Source: a virus
IMG/VR virus record: IMGVR_UViG_2773858005_000001
Location: 1,962-65,961 of that record
DNA length: 64,000 bases
Reading direction: 5' to 3' (one strand)
Below are positions 46,742 through 55,359 of the stretch, piece by piece. The translations under genes and the position numbers were made by a program. Under the pieces are notes generated by a model. That model saw nothing but the letters and a program-made list of their open reading frames with translations, searched no databases and was not told where the DNA came from. How positions within the stretch are numbered: position 1 is the stretch's first letter; every line of letters begins with the position of its first letter.

Positions 46742-47194
46742 TTAAGATGATAAATCAGCCAAAACCAACTCACGAAAATTTTCAAAATCACAAATTTCAC
46801 ATTCAATTCTCGGTCGGATTGAATATCGCTTTCTGCTATAAATATCGGTAATTAATTTATCGTCAGTATAAGCCAAACCACTGAGGGCATCGAGTAACGC
46901 CTTCAAATAATTGTCAGTGTCTGGTCGAGTCACAGGTGTAATTAAACCTATCTCAGCTTCCTCTGTTTGCTTTTTTGAATAGCTACTAGGTGTTTGCCTA
47001 TAAAAGGTCACAAAAACGCTTACACGATGATTAACAGCCTTTTGACTATTTCGTTGTTGAACGATTGTTGCCAAACGAATATCACGCCGAAACTGACGGG
47101 ATTTATGCGTTGTATAAACAATTACTTTATTCCCTCGCTTTGAAAAACGCGGTCTCGCTTGTGCTACTGGCGGTATTTCATAAATAAGTTTCAT
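46742..47194 (-). CDS. rusA: RusA Holliday junction resolvase
   Basis: AQARPRF..RPDTDNYLKALLDAL..YTDDKLI. Confidence 0.92.
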   Translation of the reverse strand: MKLIYEIPPVAQARPRFSKRGNKVIVYTTHKSRQFRRDIRLATIVQQRNSQKAVNHRVSVFVTFYRQTPSSYSKKQTEEAEIGLITPVTRPDTDNYLKALLDALSGLAYTDDKLITDIYSRKRYSIRPRIECEICDFENFRELVLADLSS

Positions 47195-47388
47195 AGCCCC
47201 ATCCGCCTTATTTGCAACGACATCGTCCGATTATTCAACAAGACATATTGTTCTGTTGCAGCTCGTTTTTGATAAAAGCGATACAATGCTCGTCTTTGCG
47301 CATGCTTCTCTGTAAATCCCCACACTGTTATTTGGTCTCGCTGTGTCATAACACCGTTCCACCACGTTATTTGTGCTAGATATCGCAT
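47191..47388 (-). CDS. Hypothetical protein
   Basis: 65 aa, coupled to neighbours. Confidence 0.5.
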   Translation of the reverse strand: MRYLAQITWWNGVMTQRDQITVWGFTEKHAQRRALYRFYQKRAATEQYVLLNNRTMSLQIRRMGL

Positions 47389-47880
47389 TTATTTTGCTCC
47401 TCTCAGTGTCTTTTGGTTAATTTCCGCTTTTAAATCCTCACGCAATTTTGAAATTCGTTCTAAAATCACAGGATCTGTGACAATTTCTGGTTTATCCTTA
47501 TGAATTCGGGGAATTATTATCCCTTTTGCTTGTTCATCAACTAATGCTTGTTCAACTAAATATTTTTCTAACCAATCGGGAACAATATCTGCTTTTGAAA
47601 ATGTTTTATTTCCCGTTGTTTGCTGTGCTTTTTCGGACAACAGCACATCAGCCAATGTCCTAAAACCACGTGTTTGCCACTTTTTTAAAATGCCATTTAC
47701 ATAAGCAAAATTCATTTTTTGTGTTCCACCAGCAATCGCATATTCCATTGCATGAACTAAAACATCTGCTTGATTATCAAAATCACTAAGCCAACCTGTT
47801 AGTTTTTGAACAGTATTTGGCACCAGTTTACTAAAAGCATTCGTTTCCCAAAAATTAATAATGAGCGACAGCTGATGTTA
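47389..47880 (-). pseudogene. C-terminal fragment of a DnaD-domain replication protein
   Basis: INFWETNAFSKL..AMEYAI..NFAYVNGILKKWQTRG; no native start upstream. Confidence 0.75.
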
Positions 47881-48083
47881 CACCACCACATAAAAATCGC
47901 CCTTTTCAGAGTAGAATAACGGCTTTTAATCGATCTAAATACCTAACATTCTACCTATTTTTACGTAATAAGAATACACATAATTTATTCTCTATATACC
48001 TAATGCATTTATTAAAAATCTTTAGCATTATAGGATTTATCAAAAATATTTATTGAAAAAAATATAATAAGATAGGAAAAATT

Positions 48084-48197
48084 ATGTCTCTTCTTTCAAT
48101 ATTGTTCTTAATTAATTTCAAAACTGCTGAGAAACTCTTTGCAAAAAGTATAGTTAATGGGACATCTTTTATTGAACAAGTGCCACTTATAATTTAA
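48084..48197 (+). CDS. Possible 37-aa peptide
   Basis: AGGA RBS, MSLLSILFLINFKTAEKL.., followed by a long inverted repeat ~48225-48262. Confidence 0.25.
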   Translation: MSLLSILFLINFKTAEKLFAKSIVNGTSFIEQVPLII

Positions 48198-48574
48198 AAA
48201 GATTTAAAATTTTCATTATTGATAAAGAGCTTAGCCACTTAAATAAAAGTGATTAAGTTCTTCTATTTTGCATTTTAAAACTAACCACTTTCTTCTCGTA
48301 CTTCCTATAGAAAGTAATAGGAAGTTACTTTATATGACTAACAGCGAAAGTTAATTTTCCGACTTCTCTACCTCTTAATTTGAAACCCCTTTTTTCGCAC
48401 GTTTCTCCAATGTAAATACTTTTTCTTATGTATTTAATTTCAAAAAAAATTAATTACTGCTAGTAATTTTCATACTATCGCTTTAATGAATTTGTTGTTT
48501 TATCTATTTTAATTGCACTTTATATTAAATAATGTTAAATTTATATTAGATATATTAAAGAAAGGTGTGGATAT

Positions 48575-48859
48575 ATGGATTGGTTTATTGATTTAGAAGT
48601 TGATGAACAAGAATTTATCAAGCGTTTTCTATTATCTTCAGGCTCATTAAAACAATTAGCTAAAGAGTATGGTGTAAGTTACCCCACTGTGAGACATCGT
48701 CTGGACAAAGTTATAGACAAAGTAAACATATCCAATAAAGATTCAAATTCATTTGAAATGAGTATAATGACAATGGTAATTGATGAAAAAATAACGCTCG
48801 AAACTGGCAAATTAATAATTGAAAAACATAAGGAGAGTGTCAATGGATACTATAATTAG
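48575..48859 (+). CDS. DUF2089-family HTH protein
   Basis: EFIKRFLLSSGSLKQLAKEYGVSYPTVRHRLDKVI. Confidence 0.85.
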   Translation: MDWFIDLEVDEQEFIKRFLLSSGSLKQLAKEYGVSYPTVRHRLDKVIDKVNISNKDSNSFEMSIMTMVIDEKITLETGKLIIEKHKESVNGYYN

Positions 48860-49133
48860 ATTAGTACTAATCGCTGCTATCATAGCATTTCAAACTTTTT
48901 CAGGTAGAATTGGAAATAAATACTTAGGATCAATTTTACCCATAATTTTTATAGGATTTATTATTTATAGCTTTGTAATTGTACAATTAAGCTTCTCCTT
49001 CAAAGATTTATTTATGAGCTTCTTAGGTCTAACTGTATTAGCTTCTATGTATGCGGGTGGAGTAGAAGCTAAAAAGAAAAAATTAAAGAAAGAATTAGAT
49101 AAAATGAAAGCAAAAGATATTAGTGCGAGATAA
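48843..49133 (+). CDS. Small three-TM membrane protein partnered with DUF2089
   Basis: GRIGNKYLGSILP..KELDKMKAKDI; overlaps the upstream stop. Confidence 0.75.
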   Translation: MDTIIRLVLIAAIIAFQTFSGRIGNKYLGSILPIIFIGFIIYSFVIVQLSFSFKDLFMSFLGLTVLASMYAGGVEAKKKKLKKELDKMKAKDISAR

Positions 49134-49462
49134 AATAGCACAAAATTTGATTTTATCTACGATAACTCAACACTAACAAAATAAACAAGCTACTATTTAG
49201 ATAGAAGTATTAATCTAGATAATAGCTTGTTTAACTTTTCATCATTATAAATGACAAGCTTTTTTCAGTCGCAACTAAAACATTTAAACTTATATATTTA
49301 TGTCTATACAGTCTCCCTCGCGTACATGATTCGCCACACTATAATCATGGTGAGCAACCCTTTCACAAAACCACTCATATCTTGTTTCGTTTTTGATTAG
49401 TCACTTCTATTCAAACTTCATTTAATAACTTTTCAATGCAGCGATTCCTAATTTAGGATATG

Positions 49463-49486
49463 AAAAAAGGCATCCTTTTGGATGCC
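49463..49486 (-). terminator. Intrinsic terminator
   Basis: GGCATCC-aaaa-GGATGCC plus T-run. Confidence 0.7.
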
Positions 49487-49496
49487 CGATTTCATT

Positions 49497-49682
49497 TTAT
49501 TTTACATAAGTTATTTGAGCTAGATACTCTCGAGTTCCATAGTTAGTAAATGTTGCACTAGTGTTTACTCCTTTTACCTCATGGTCAAGCTGTAATTCAT
49601 GCAAACGCTCTTTCACTTTGTTTTCCAACTCATCGACACTAATCGCCTCTACATAGCAAACTGTTATTGCAATGACAACCAC
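49497..49682 (-). CDS. Small hypothetical protein (Cse60/DUF2758-like)
   Basis: ELENKVKERL..VKGVNTSATF..YLAQITY; GGAGG RBS. Confidence 0.5.
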   Translation of the reverse strand: MVVIAITVCYVEAISVDELENKVKERLHELQLDHEVKGVNTSATFTNYGTREYLAQITYVK

Positions 49683-49744
49683 CTCCTTATGAATATATTC
49701 ATTTTACAATGGTAATTATTTATTATTTCCACAGCATAAAGAGA

Positions 49745-50032
49745 TTAACTCCCATATCTAATATAGGATAACGACGATAATTGTGACAATAATTCTTGGG
49801 TTTCACGAGGTAAAACAATTTCATTTTTAGTTAAGCATCCACTTACACTTAATTGTAGTCTACTGAGAATAAGTGTTGGTGATTGTGTTGGTTTTTCTAA
49901 CTCTCTGTATCCTTCTTCAAAAATAGAGACTAATGGGCGGTGATTTTCAACTGTCAAAGCGTTAATTATTTTTGAAATAATCACTAATGCTTCTGAAGCT
50001 CTCTCTTGACCTGATCCATACCACTTTACCAT
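49745..50032 (-). CDS. Orphan class IIa bacteriocin immunity protein (EntA_Immun-like)
   Basis: MVKWYGSGQER..LILSRLQLSVS..LSSLSYIRYG. Confidence 0.75.
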   Translation of the reverse strand: MVKWYGSGQERASEALVIISKIINALTVENHRPLVSIFEEGYRELEKPTQSPTLILSRLQLSVSGCLTKNEIVLPRETQELLSQLSSLSYIRYGS

Positions 50033-50218
50033 AATTACACCTCTTTTCATTATATGCATCTATTCGAATCTATAACTTAATGTTACCACAATTGGCATTT
50101 TAAATCTTATAAGCCAATAAAAATGTTCCAGCAATAGTCCTAAATGCACTGTTTTAATACAACAAATAAAATACTGCTACAAACTTCCTCAGTGAAAAAA
50201 GAGTTTTTTCGATCCTTA

Positions 50219-50704
50219 TTAAACTTTACGATATTTTTTTAACAGCATATCAGGAATATGACAATAATCGTTGGGAAATTTATCTAATCGATCCTGATGT
50301 TCCTCAGCACTACGGAGATAATTTGTCAGTAAACAGACTTCGACTGCAATTTGATCTGCATCATCGCGTATGTCAATAAAATGTTGCGCTGCTTCCAAAT
50401 GCTTTTTATTCTTACTATAAACGCCTGTTCGGTACTTTTCGCCAATATCTTCACCTTGCTTATTGATACTGTATGGGTCAATAATTTCGAATAGATACGT
50501 CATTAAACTTTCCACTGTTAATGTTTGAGAATCAAACGTTATTTTTACACACTCCGAATAACCATCATACTGATTTTCTAAGCTATCACTATTACCGTTT
50601 GCTCTGCCCGCTTCTGTTTTATGCACCCCAGGTATCGTTTTGATAAAAGCTTGTACACCCCAGAGACATCCACCCGCTAAATATATTTCTTCCATCTTAA
50701 ACAT
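50219..50704 (-). CDS. msrA: Peptide methionine sulfoxide reductase A
   Basis: GGCLWG, ECVKITFD, QGEDIGEKYRTG, AEEHQD..YC. Confidence 0.92.
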   Translation of the reverse strand: MFKMEEIYLAGGCLWGVQAFIKTIPGVHKTEAGRANGNSDSLENQYDGYSECVKITFDSQTLTVESLMTYLFEIIDPYSINKQGEDIGEKYRTGVYSKNKKHLEAAQHFIDIRDDADQIAVEVCLLTNYLRSAEEHQDRLDKFPNDYCHIPDMLLKKYRKV

Positions 50705-50781
50705 CCTATCTTTTATGGGATTGAGTTAATTCAACTAACTCTCACTAGCAATACTATACGATGAATTATACTGGAATACAC

Positions 50782-50816
50782 AAAAAAAAGCCCGTATCAA
50801 TTAAGATACGAGCTTT
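50782..50816 (-). terminator. Terminator of the lysis operon
   Basis: AAGCTCGTATC-loop-GATACGGGCTT plus T8. Confidence 0.8.
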
Positions 50817-50820
50817 CTAC

Positions 50821-51660
50821 TTACTTAACTAAATACATGCTATTGTTTGGAATATAGCCTACTGTGTCATCTAAAACACATTTAAGCCATCCATTTTGTG
50901 ATGTTCCTACCACGCGGACCTTGTCTCCCTTTTTACGTTTAGCAACAATTCTACTATCCCATTTCGACTGTCCTCTGAAGCCAATTTCGGTAACTACTGT
51001 ATACACAACTGCTGGGTCTTGATCATACCAATAAAGTGTTAAACTCTCCTTATACCAATATTTCTTTTCTCGGAAAATGACTTGCACAAAATCATTTGAT
51101 TGTACTCCGTAATTAATCTGTGCAGCATATCCCAAGGGTACCGTTGCTCCTACACTAGAATCCCAATCTGCTTTTGTTCGTAAATTTAAATCTTCGCGTG
51201 CATAGCGCCATAAAATGGCATTGTAAGCTTTTAAAAATAACGCTCTTTCTTCCTTACGGCGACGTACTAGCCCTGGTAATGGTTGTCCGCCTGCATTCAC
51301 AAATAGTAAAAATTCATCTGCAGCATTTCCAAACTGTTTTTTATTGACATATTGTAGTAAAGTGCTGCTATACAGTGTCCCTTCGCCTAAGTTATACGTA
51401 AAAGAAACCAACGCATCAAATTGATTTTGGTTAATACTCACTTTAACTGCTGAGTTCACTGCTTTCTCGAATCTCCTAACATCACTGCGTAAATAAGCGT
51501 CAGCTTGAGCTCGGGTAATGACCTGTCCAGCCCATACATCAGGGCCATAATGTCCATAACCAATTGTCCAATATTGCTCACTCGCAACTGGTTTATAAGC
51601 AGTTAAGCGTAATCCTTCATATTCTTTAATTAAATCTAAACCAACTTTACTAATATTCAT
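50821..51660 (-). CDS. GH24 lysozyme-type endolysin with two SH3b-like cell-wall-binding domains
   Basis: IKEYEGLRL..WTIGYGH..QNQFDALVSFTYNLG..GLVRRRKEE. Confidence 0.92.
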   Translation of the reverse strand: MNISKVGLDLIKEYEGLRLTAYKPVASEQYWTIGYGHYGPDVWAGQVITRAQADAYLRSDVRRFEKAVNSAVKVSINQNQFDALVSFTYNLGEGTLYSSTLLQYVNKKQFGNAADEFLLFVNAGGQPLPGLVRRRKEERALFLKAYNAILWRYAREDLNLRTKADWDSSVGATVPLGYAAQINYGVQSNDFVQVIFREKKYWYKESLTLYWYDQDPAVVYTVVTEIGFRGQSKWDSRIVAKRKKGDKVRVVGTSQNGWLKCVLDDTVGYIPNNSMYLVK

Positions 51661-51840
51661 TTTATATTCCTCATTTCATTCTAATTTTGTAGTTTTGTTT
51701 AATGATGAATTCATATCAATTAAGATAGAACTATTATCTATTGTTCTATAGATATACGTTTATTTTTCTTACATCCTTTTCGAAAATGTTAAATTGATCT
51801 AGTTGATACATCAAACTAGATTTAAAACTCCTCGCTTACT

Positions 51841-52653
51841 TCATTTAAATTCACCGTAAGCTTTACCTGTTTTAACATCACGAGAACACGCATAGCCTCG
51901 CTGACCGTTGTTTCGGATATAGGATACCCAAACATAACCATCTGATTTAACATAGCTGTCATAAATAACTGACTCGCCTTTACCTAGCGTGGCTTCTTGC
52001 TTAGCTTTGAGAGTGGGCGCATGTTTGATTGCTACTCTTGTATTAGGATAAAATACACCTTTTTCCGCCACACGCTTAAATTCCTGTGGTTTGAGAGCAG
52101 CAGGTGGTTTAATGGTATCCGTATTACCCTGTTTTTTAATTTGAGCGATAAAAAAATCTTTCAGTTTATCAATTACCGCTTGAGGTTGTTTTTGATTACT
52201 ATCATAACCACAATGCTCAATTAATGATCGTTTAGGACATTCTGTTGCAGTGAATTCGCAATGTAAACGTACAGTATTACGGCTGATTGGTAAGTTATAG
52301 TATTTTAAATCATCATAAGCTTGTTTAAATGCATTTTTTTCAGCTTTTAAAAAAACTTGCTTTGTTGTTTGACGATTTCCTTTTACTTCTATACCGATAT
52401 AGTAAGCATTACCTTCTGCGTTAGCCGTATGCCATGCTTTATTGAATGTATCTTCCACGCGTACAATTGTCTCTTCATCCACATAATAGTGTGCAAAACC
52501 TTCCTCAAGTTGTTTATTATTCATTTTCCCTAACCGCTCAATATGTGAGTTTGCACTCTTGTTGTCCCATGTATTATGCAAAACAACACCTTTAACATTG
52601 CCAATACGTTTGCCTGCGACTCCGCGACAGACCGCATTATTAATAACTTTCAT
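51841..52653 (-). CDS. N-acetylmuramoyl-L-alanine amidase endolysin with SH3_5 domain
   Basis: VVLHNT, FAHYYVD, AWHTAN, YIGIEV, LHCEFTATECP; SDGYVWVSY. Confidence 0.92.
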   Translation of the reverse strand: MKVINNAVCRGVAGKRIGNVKGVVLHNTWDNKSANSHIERLGKMNNKQLEEGFAHYYVDEETIVRVEDTFNKAWHTANAEGNAYYIGIEVKGNRQTTKQVFLKAEKNAFKQAYDDLKYYNLPISRNTVRLHCEFTATECPKRSLIEHCGYDSNQKQPQAVIDKLKDFFIAQIKKQGNTDTIKPPAALKPQEFKRVAEKGVFYPNTRVAIKHAPTLKAKQEATLGKGESVIYDSYVKSDGYVWVSYIRNNGQRGYACSRDVKTGKAYGEFK

Positions 52654-52656
52654 TAC

Positions 52657-52941
52657 TTACTCACCTCCCCTCAGTTCATCATACCGTTGTGCTTGTTCAC
52701 TGTCTCCGGCACCTATCGTGGTAGGATCTACAACAACACCTAACAAAACAAGGATGCTAAAAACAGCTCCTACTATATCCAATAATCGTTCTTCAATTTG
52801 TGTAAAATCAAACACTATTCCAAATAAAACCAACAATTTTGAGCATAAAAAAAGAATCGCCGGTATAAAGGCCATCCAAAATATTTTTGATTTAATACGA
52901 ACTTTCCAATTGATACCTAAATAACTTTTCACTACTATCAC
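52657..52941 (-). CDS. Holin (phiLC3-like)
   Basis: INWKVRIKSKIFW..LGVVVDPTT.G.GDSEQA. Confidence 0.9.
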   Translation of the reverse strand: MIVVKSYLGINWKVRIKSKIFWMAFIPAILFLCSKLLVLFGIVFDFTQIEERLLDIVGAVFSILVLLGVVVDPTTIGAGDSEQAQRYDELRGGE

Positions 52942-52944
52942 TTC

Positions 52945-53166
52945 CTATAATTTTGTTAAAAAGTAGCCGATTAAAGTAATACCTAGCGTGATAATAAATC
53001 CCCACGACCATTTATTACTAATATCCATACGATCCTGACGCTTTTCAAGTTCTTTTGCTAAGTGAAAAGCTGTACCAGCAATCTTTGTGGTCTCGTCTAA
53101 TCCTTTTGTATTCTCCTCAATTTTAGCAAGTTTCACTAAAATTTCAGTTTCGATATCTTTTTCCAT
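52945..53166 (-). CDS. XhlA/hemolysin-like lysis protein
   Basis: Coiled coil then NKWSWGFIITLGITLIGYFL. Confidence 0.75.
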   Translation of the reverse strand: MEKDIETEILVKLAKIEENTKGLDETTKIAGTAFHLAKELEKRQDRMDISNKWSWGFIITLGITLIGYFLTKL

Positions 53167-53330
53167 TAATCAGTACCTTTCTCGCCTACTTCAAATGTAA
53201 CTGACGTTATTTGTTTAAACTGTTCTTTCGTAAGCATATGGGCCACTACTAACAAATGAAGTTGATCCAATGTGTATCGTCTCGAGACATAAGCATTATT
53301 AATAATCCTATACATTGTTGAACTCACCAT
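53166..53330 (-). CDS. XkdX-like small protein (54 aa), not in the ORF track
   Basis: MVSSTMYRIINNAY..LTKEQFKQITS; TAATG coupling to the next gene. Confidence 0.7.
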   Translation of the reverse strand: MVSSTMYRIINNAYVSRRYTLDQLHLLVVAHMLTKEQFKQITSVTFEVGEKGTD

Positions 53331-53332
53331 TC

Positions 53333-53638
53333 TTACACTCCCCCTTCATTTTCTAATTTCTCAATTCTATTAATTAACTTAGCGGTTTGGATAAGCAATT
53401 CCTCGTTAACGATAATAATATCCTTGATGCTAACTATATTATCAAATACCTCTTCCTCGGGTTCTTTATAATTAGCATTTACCAAAACTGTATTATTCTT
53501 AAACACATAATAAAGCGGTTTGAAATTTTCCACGAATTTTTCCGGAAAATTATTTTGGTTAACTTCAATCCCACCTTCAATACTCCCCACATTTGCATAT
53601 GCTAAAAGTTCATTTTGTTCATTTAATTTTATATGCAT
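53333..53638 (-). CDS. DUF2977-like tail-associated protein
   Basis: MHIKLNEQNELLAYANVGSIEGGIEV..FVENFKP. Confidence 0.7.
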   Translation of the reverse strand: MHIKLNEQNELLAYANVGSIEGGIEVNQNNFPEKFVENFKPLYYVFKNNTVLVNANYKEPEEEVFDNIVSIKDIIIVNEELLIQTAKLINRIEKLENEGGV

Positions 53639-55335
53639 TAGTTTACCTCCTCTACTTTAAGAATAGTGAACGATTTACGATTAATTGAACCTGATGCATT
53701 TAGATCGTAGACTGAATCAATAACAATTTTAAAATTATTTAATGCCGAGAAATCTAGCTGAAGTTCATATAATCCTCCACCTTTAGCATCGATGTCAGTC
53801 AAATTAAGGTCTTGTACCGTTAATGTTGTTGTCGTGCTTAAATCAACTACTTTAACTTTACCTTTTGCACCTGGGAAATTATATGTGATTCGTATTTTAT
53901 TGACTCTATTAATAGGTTGACTTAACGTATAAGCAGTTGTTGAGACTCCATTCGCTGCTCCTTGCCATATCGTAGTAGGATTCAAAGTTTTAATCGCTAC
54001 ATCTATATCCTCTTTACCTGCAAGTTCCCACCAATCACGTCCATCACTACCATTCGTATGAACAGTTCTAAAAAATGTTCGGCCATTTCCACTTAATGTT
54101 AATTTGAAAAACTTTCTCCCCTTATCAGCTTCAATTACTTCCAACTCTTTCCAACTGGCCTCTGTTTCTATAAATGGCCCATTCTTACATTGCGTCACTT
54201 CATAAAATCCTGATTTAAGTGTTAAAAGGTCGGTTCCATTTTCTAATCTGTGTCTAACACCACTTTCAGGTAAGAGCGCATACTTTTGCCAATTGTTTGT
54301 TTTCACTTCACTTACTACTGTAACCCATTTACCATAGTTTCCATTTGCACATGTTACCGTATACATTGTACCCAGTTTATCAAATGCTGTTACATCAATA
54401 TTTTTCCCATAAATAAAAACTGAACCTCGCAACCAAGAAGTTGTTCCTGTTGGATTGTTCTTAGCTCCAGCTGATAAATAAAAAGTAAATAAACCATTTC
54501 CCCACTTAAGTGTCTCCTCAAAAAAGTCTTTCGTTGCATTTAGATCATACCTTGGAGTGCCATTGTCTGCTGTTATTTTCGGTACTTGACCATACTCAAC
54601 AATTTTTTTCAAAACGGATGCCGATGTTTCACTTACTGTTTTAATAGCGGTTGTAGAAGTTTCTTCAACTGTTGTTTTAGCACCAATAACAGCTTTTTCA
54701 ATCGCTTGTTGAGATTCTGTAGCAGTCGTTTTAATAGTATTTTCAGCATGCGACGTCGTTTTTTCGATATCTAAAGCAGCTTGTGTAACGCTTATTCCAA
54801 TCTTTTTTTGACCATTTGCAACTGTTTTATTCATTTCACTCACATAATCTGCTCCATTTGCAATCGCTTGTTCAATTTCTGTTGCTTTAGCTTTAATCGC
54901 CGATTCCAAATCGTCAAATGTTTTAATATATTCCAACATTGTTTCAGGGCTAAAGTCATTAACTAAACTATCTTTAATAATAAACGAAAATGTACGTGTT
55001 ACTAATACATTATCTTCACAATATAAATATACCTGTCCTGTAACACGACCAGTATGTTTTAAAAACTCTTTAGGAATCGTATAACTGACGATCCCTTTTC
55101 TATCATCATATATCGCTAAATAATCTCTTACTTTACTGCCATTTTCTGCAATCAACATAATATATGCTTGCATTTTATTTAATGATATCTTAATGCCTGC
55201 CCCAAACTGTGTTAATGTGAATCGTAAAACAGCAGTATTAATATCCTGATTATAAAATTCAATATTTAAATCGGATAAGGGTTTCAATTGTGAATTTAAT
55301 TCTAATTGAGCATTTGCTATTTTTTTAATTTTCAT
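53638..55335 (-). CDS. BppU-like upper baseplate / accessory fibre protein
   Basis: FYNQDINTAVLRF..SYTIPKEFLKHTGRV; coiled coil; C-terminal beta domains. Confidence 0.8.
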   Translation of the reverse strand: MKIKKIANAQLELNSQLKPLSDLNIEFYNQDINTAVLRFTLTQFGAGIKISLNKMQAYIMLIAENGSKVRDYLAIYDDRKGIVSYTIPKEFLKHTGRVTGQVYLYCEDNVLVTRTFSFIIKDSLVNDFSPETMLEYIKTFDDLESAIKAKATEIEQAIANGADYVSEMNKTVANGQKKIGISVTQAALDIEKTTSHAENTIKTTATESQQAIEKAVIGAKTTVEETSTTAIKTVSETSASVLKKIVEYGQVPKITADNGTPRYDLNATKDFFEETLKWGNGLFTFYLSAGAKNNPTGTTSWLRGSVFIYGKNIDVTAFDKLGTMYTVTCANGNYGKWVTVVSEVKTNNWQKYALLPESGVRHRLENGTDLLTLKSGFYEVTQCKNGPFIETEASWKELEVIEADKGRKFFKLTLSGNGRTFFRTVHTNGSDGRDWWELAGKEDIDVAIKTLNPTTIWQGAANGVSTTAYTLSQPINRVNKIRITYNFPGAKGKVKVVDLSTTTTLTVQDLNLTDIDAKGGGLYELQLDFSALNNFKIVIDSVYDLNASGSINRKSFTILKVEEVN

Positions 55336-55359
55336 TATTTAACCTCCTTTTTATTATTA

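Larger units (their letters stand above)
38811..47880. mobile_element. Degraded prophage remnant / defence islet
   Basis: Broken terL/terS/DnaD, intact ArpU and RusA, AT-rich cargo, arm repeats at the left edge. Confidence 0.75.

Noticed and set aside
49270-49460. Possible IS or ncRNA remnant
   Set aside because: No transposase motif, terminal repeats or convincing structure found by eye.
50670-50690. MsrA GCLWG as an inactivating change
   Set aside because: The catalytic Cys and other motifs are intact; F-to-L alone is not evidence of loss.
51719-51752. LexA (SOS) box in the inter-lysin spacer
   Set aside because: GAAC and GTTC are 11 nt apart, not the 4 nt of the Firmicute consensus.
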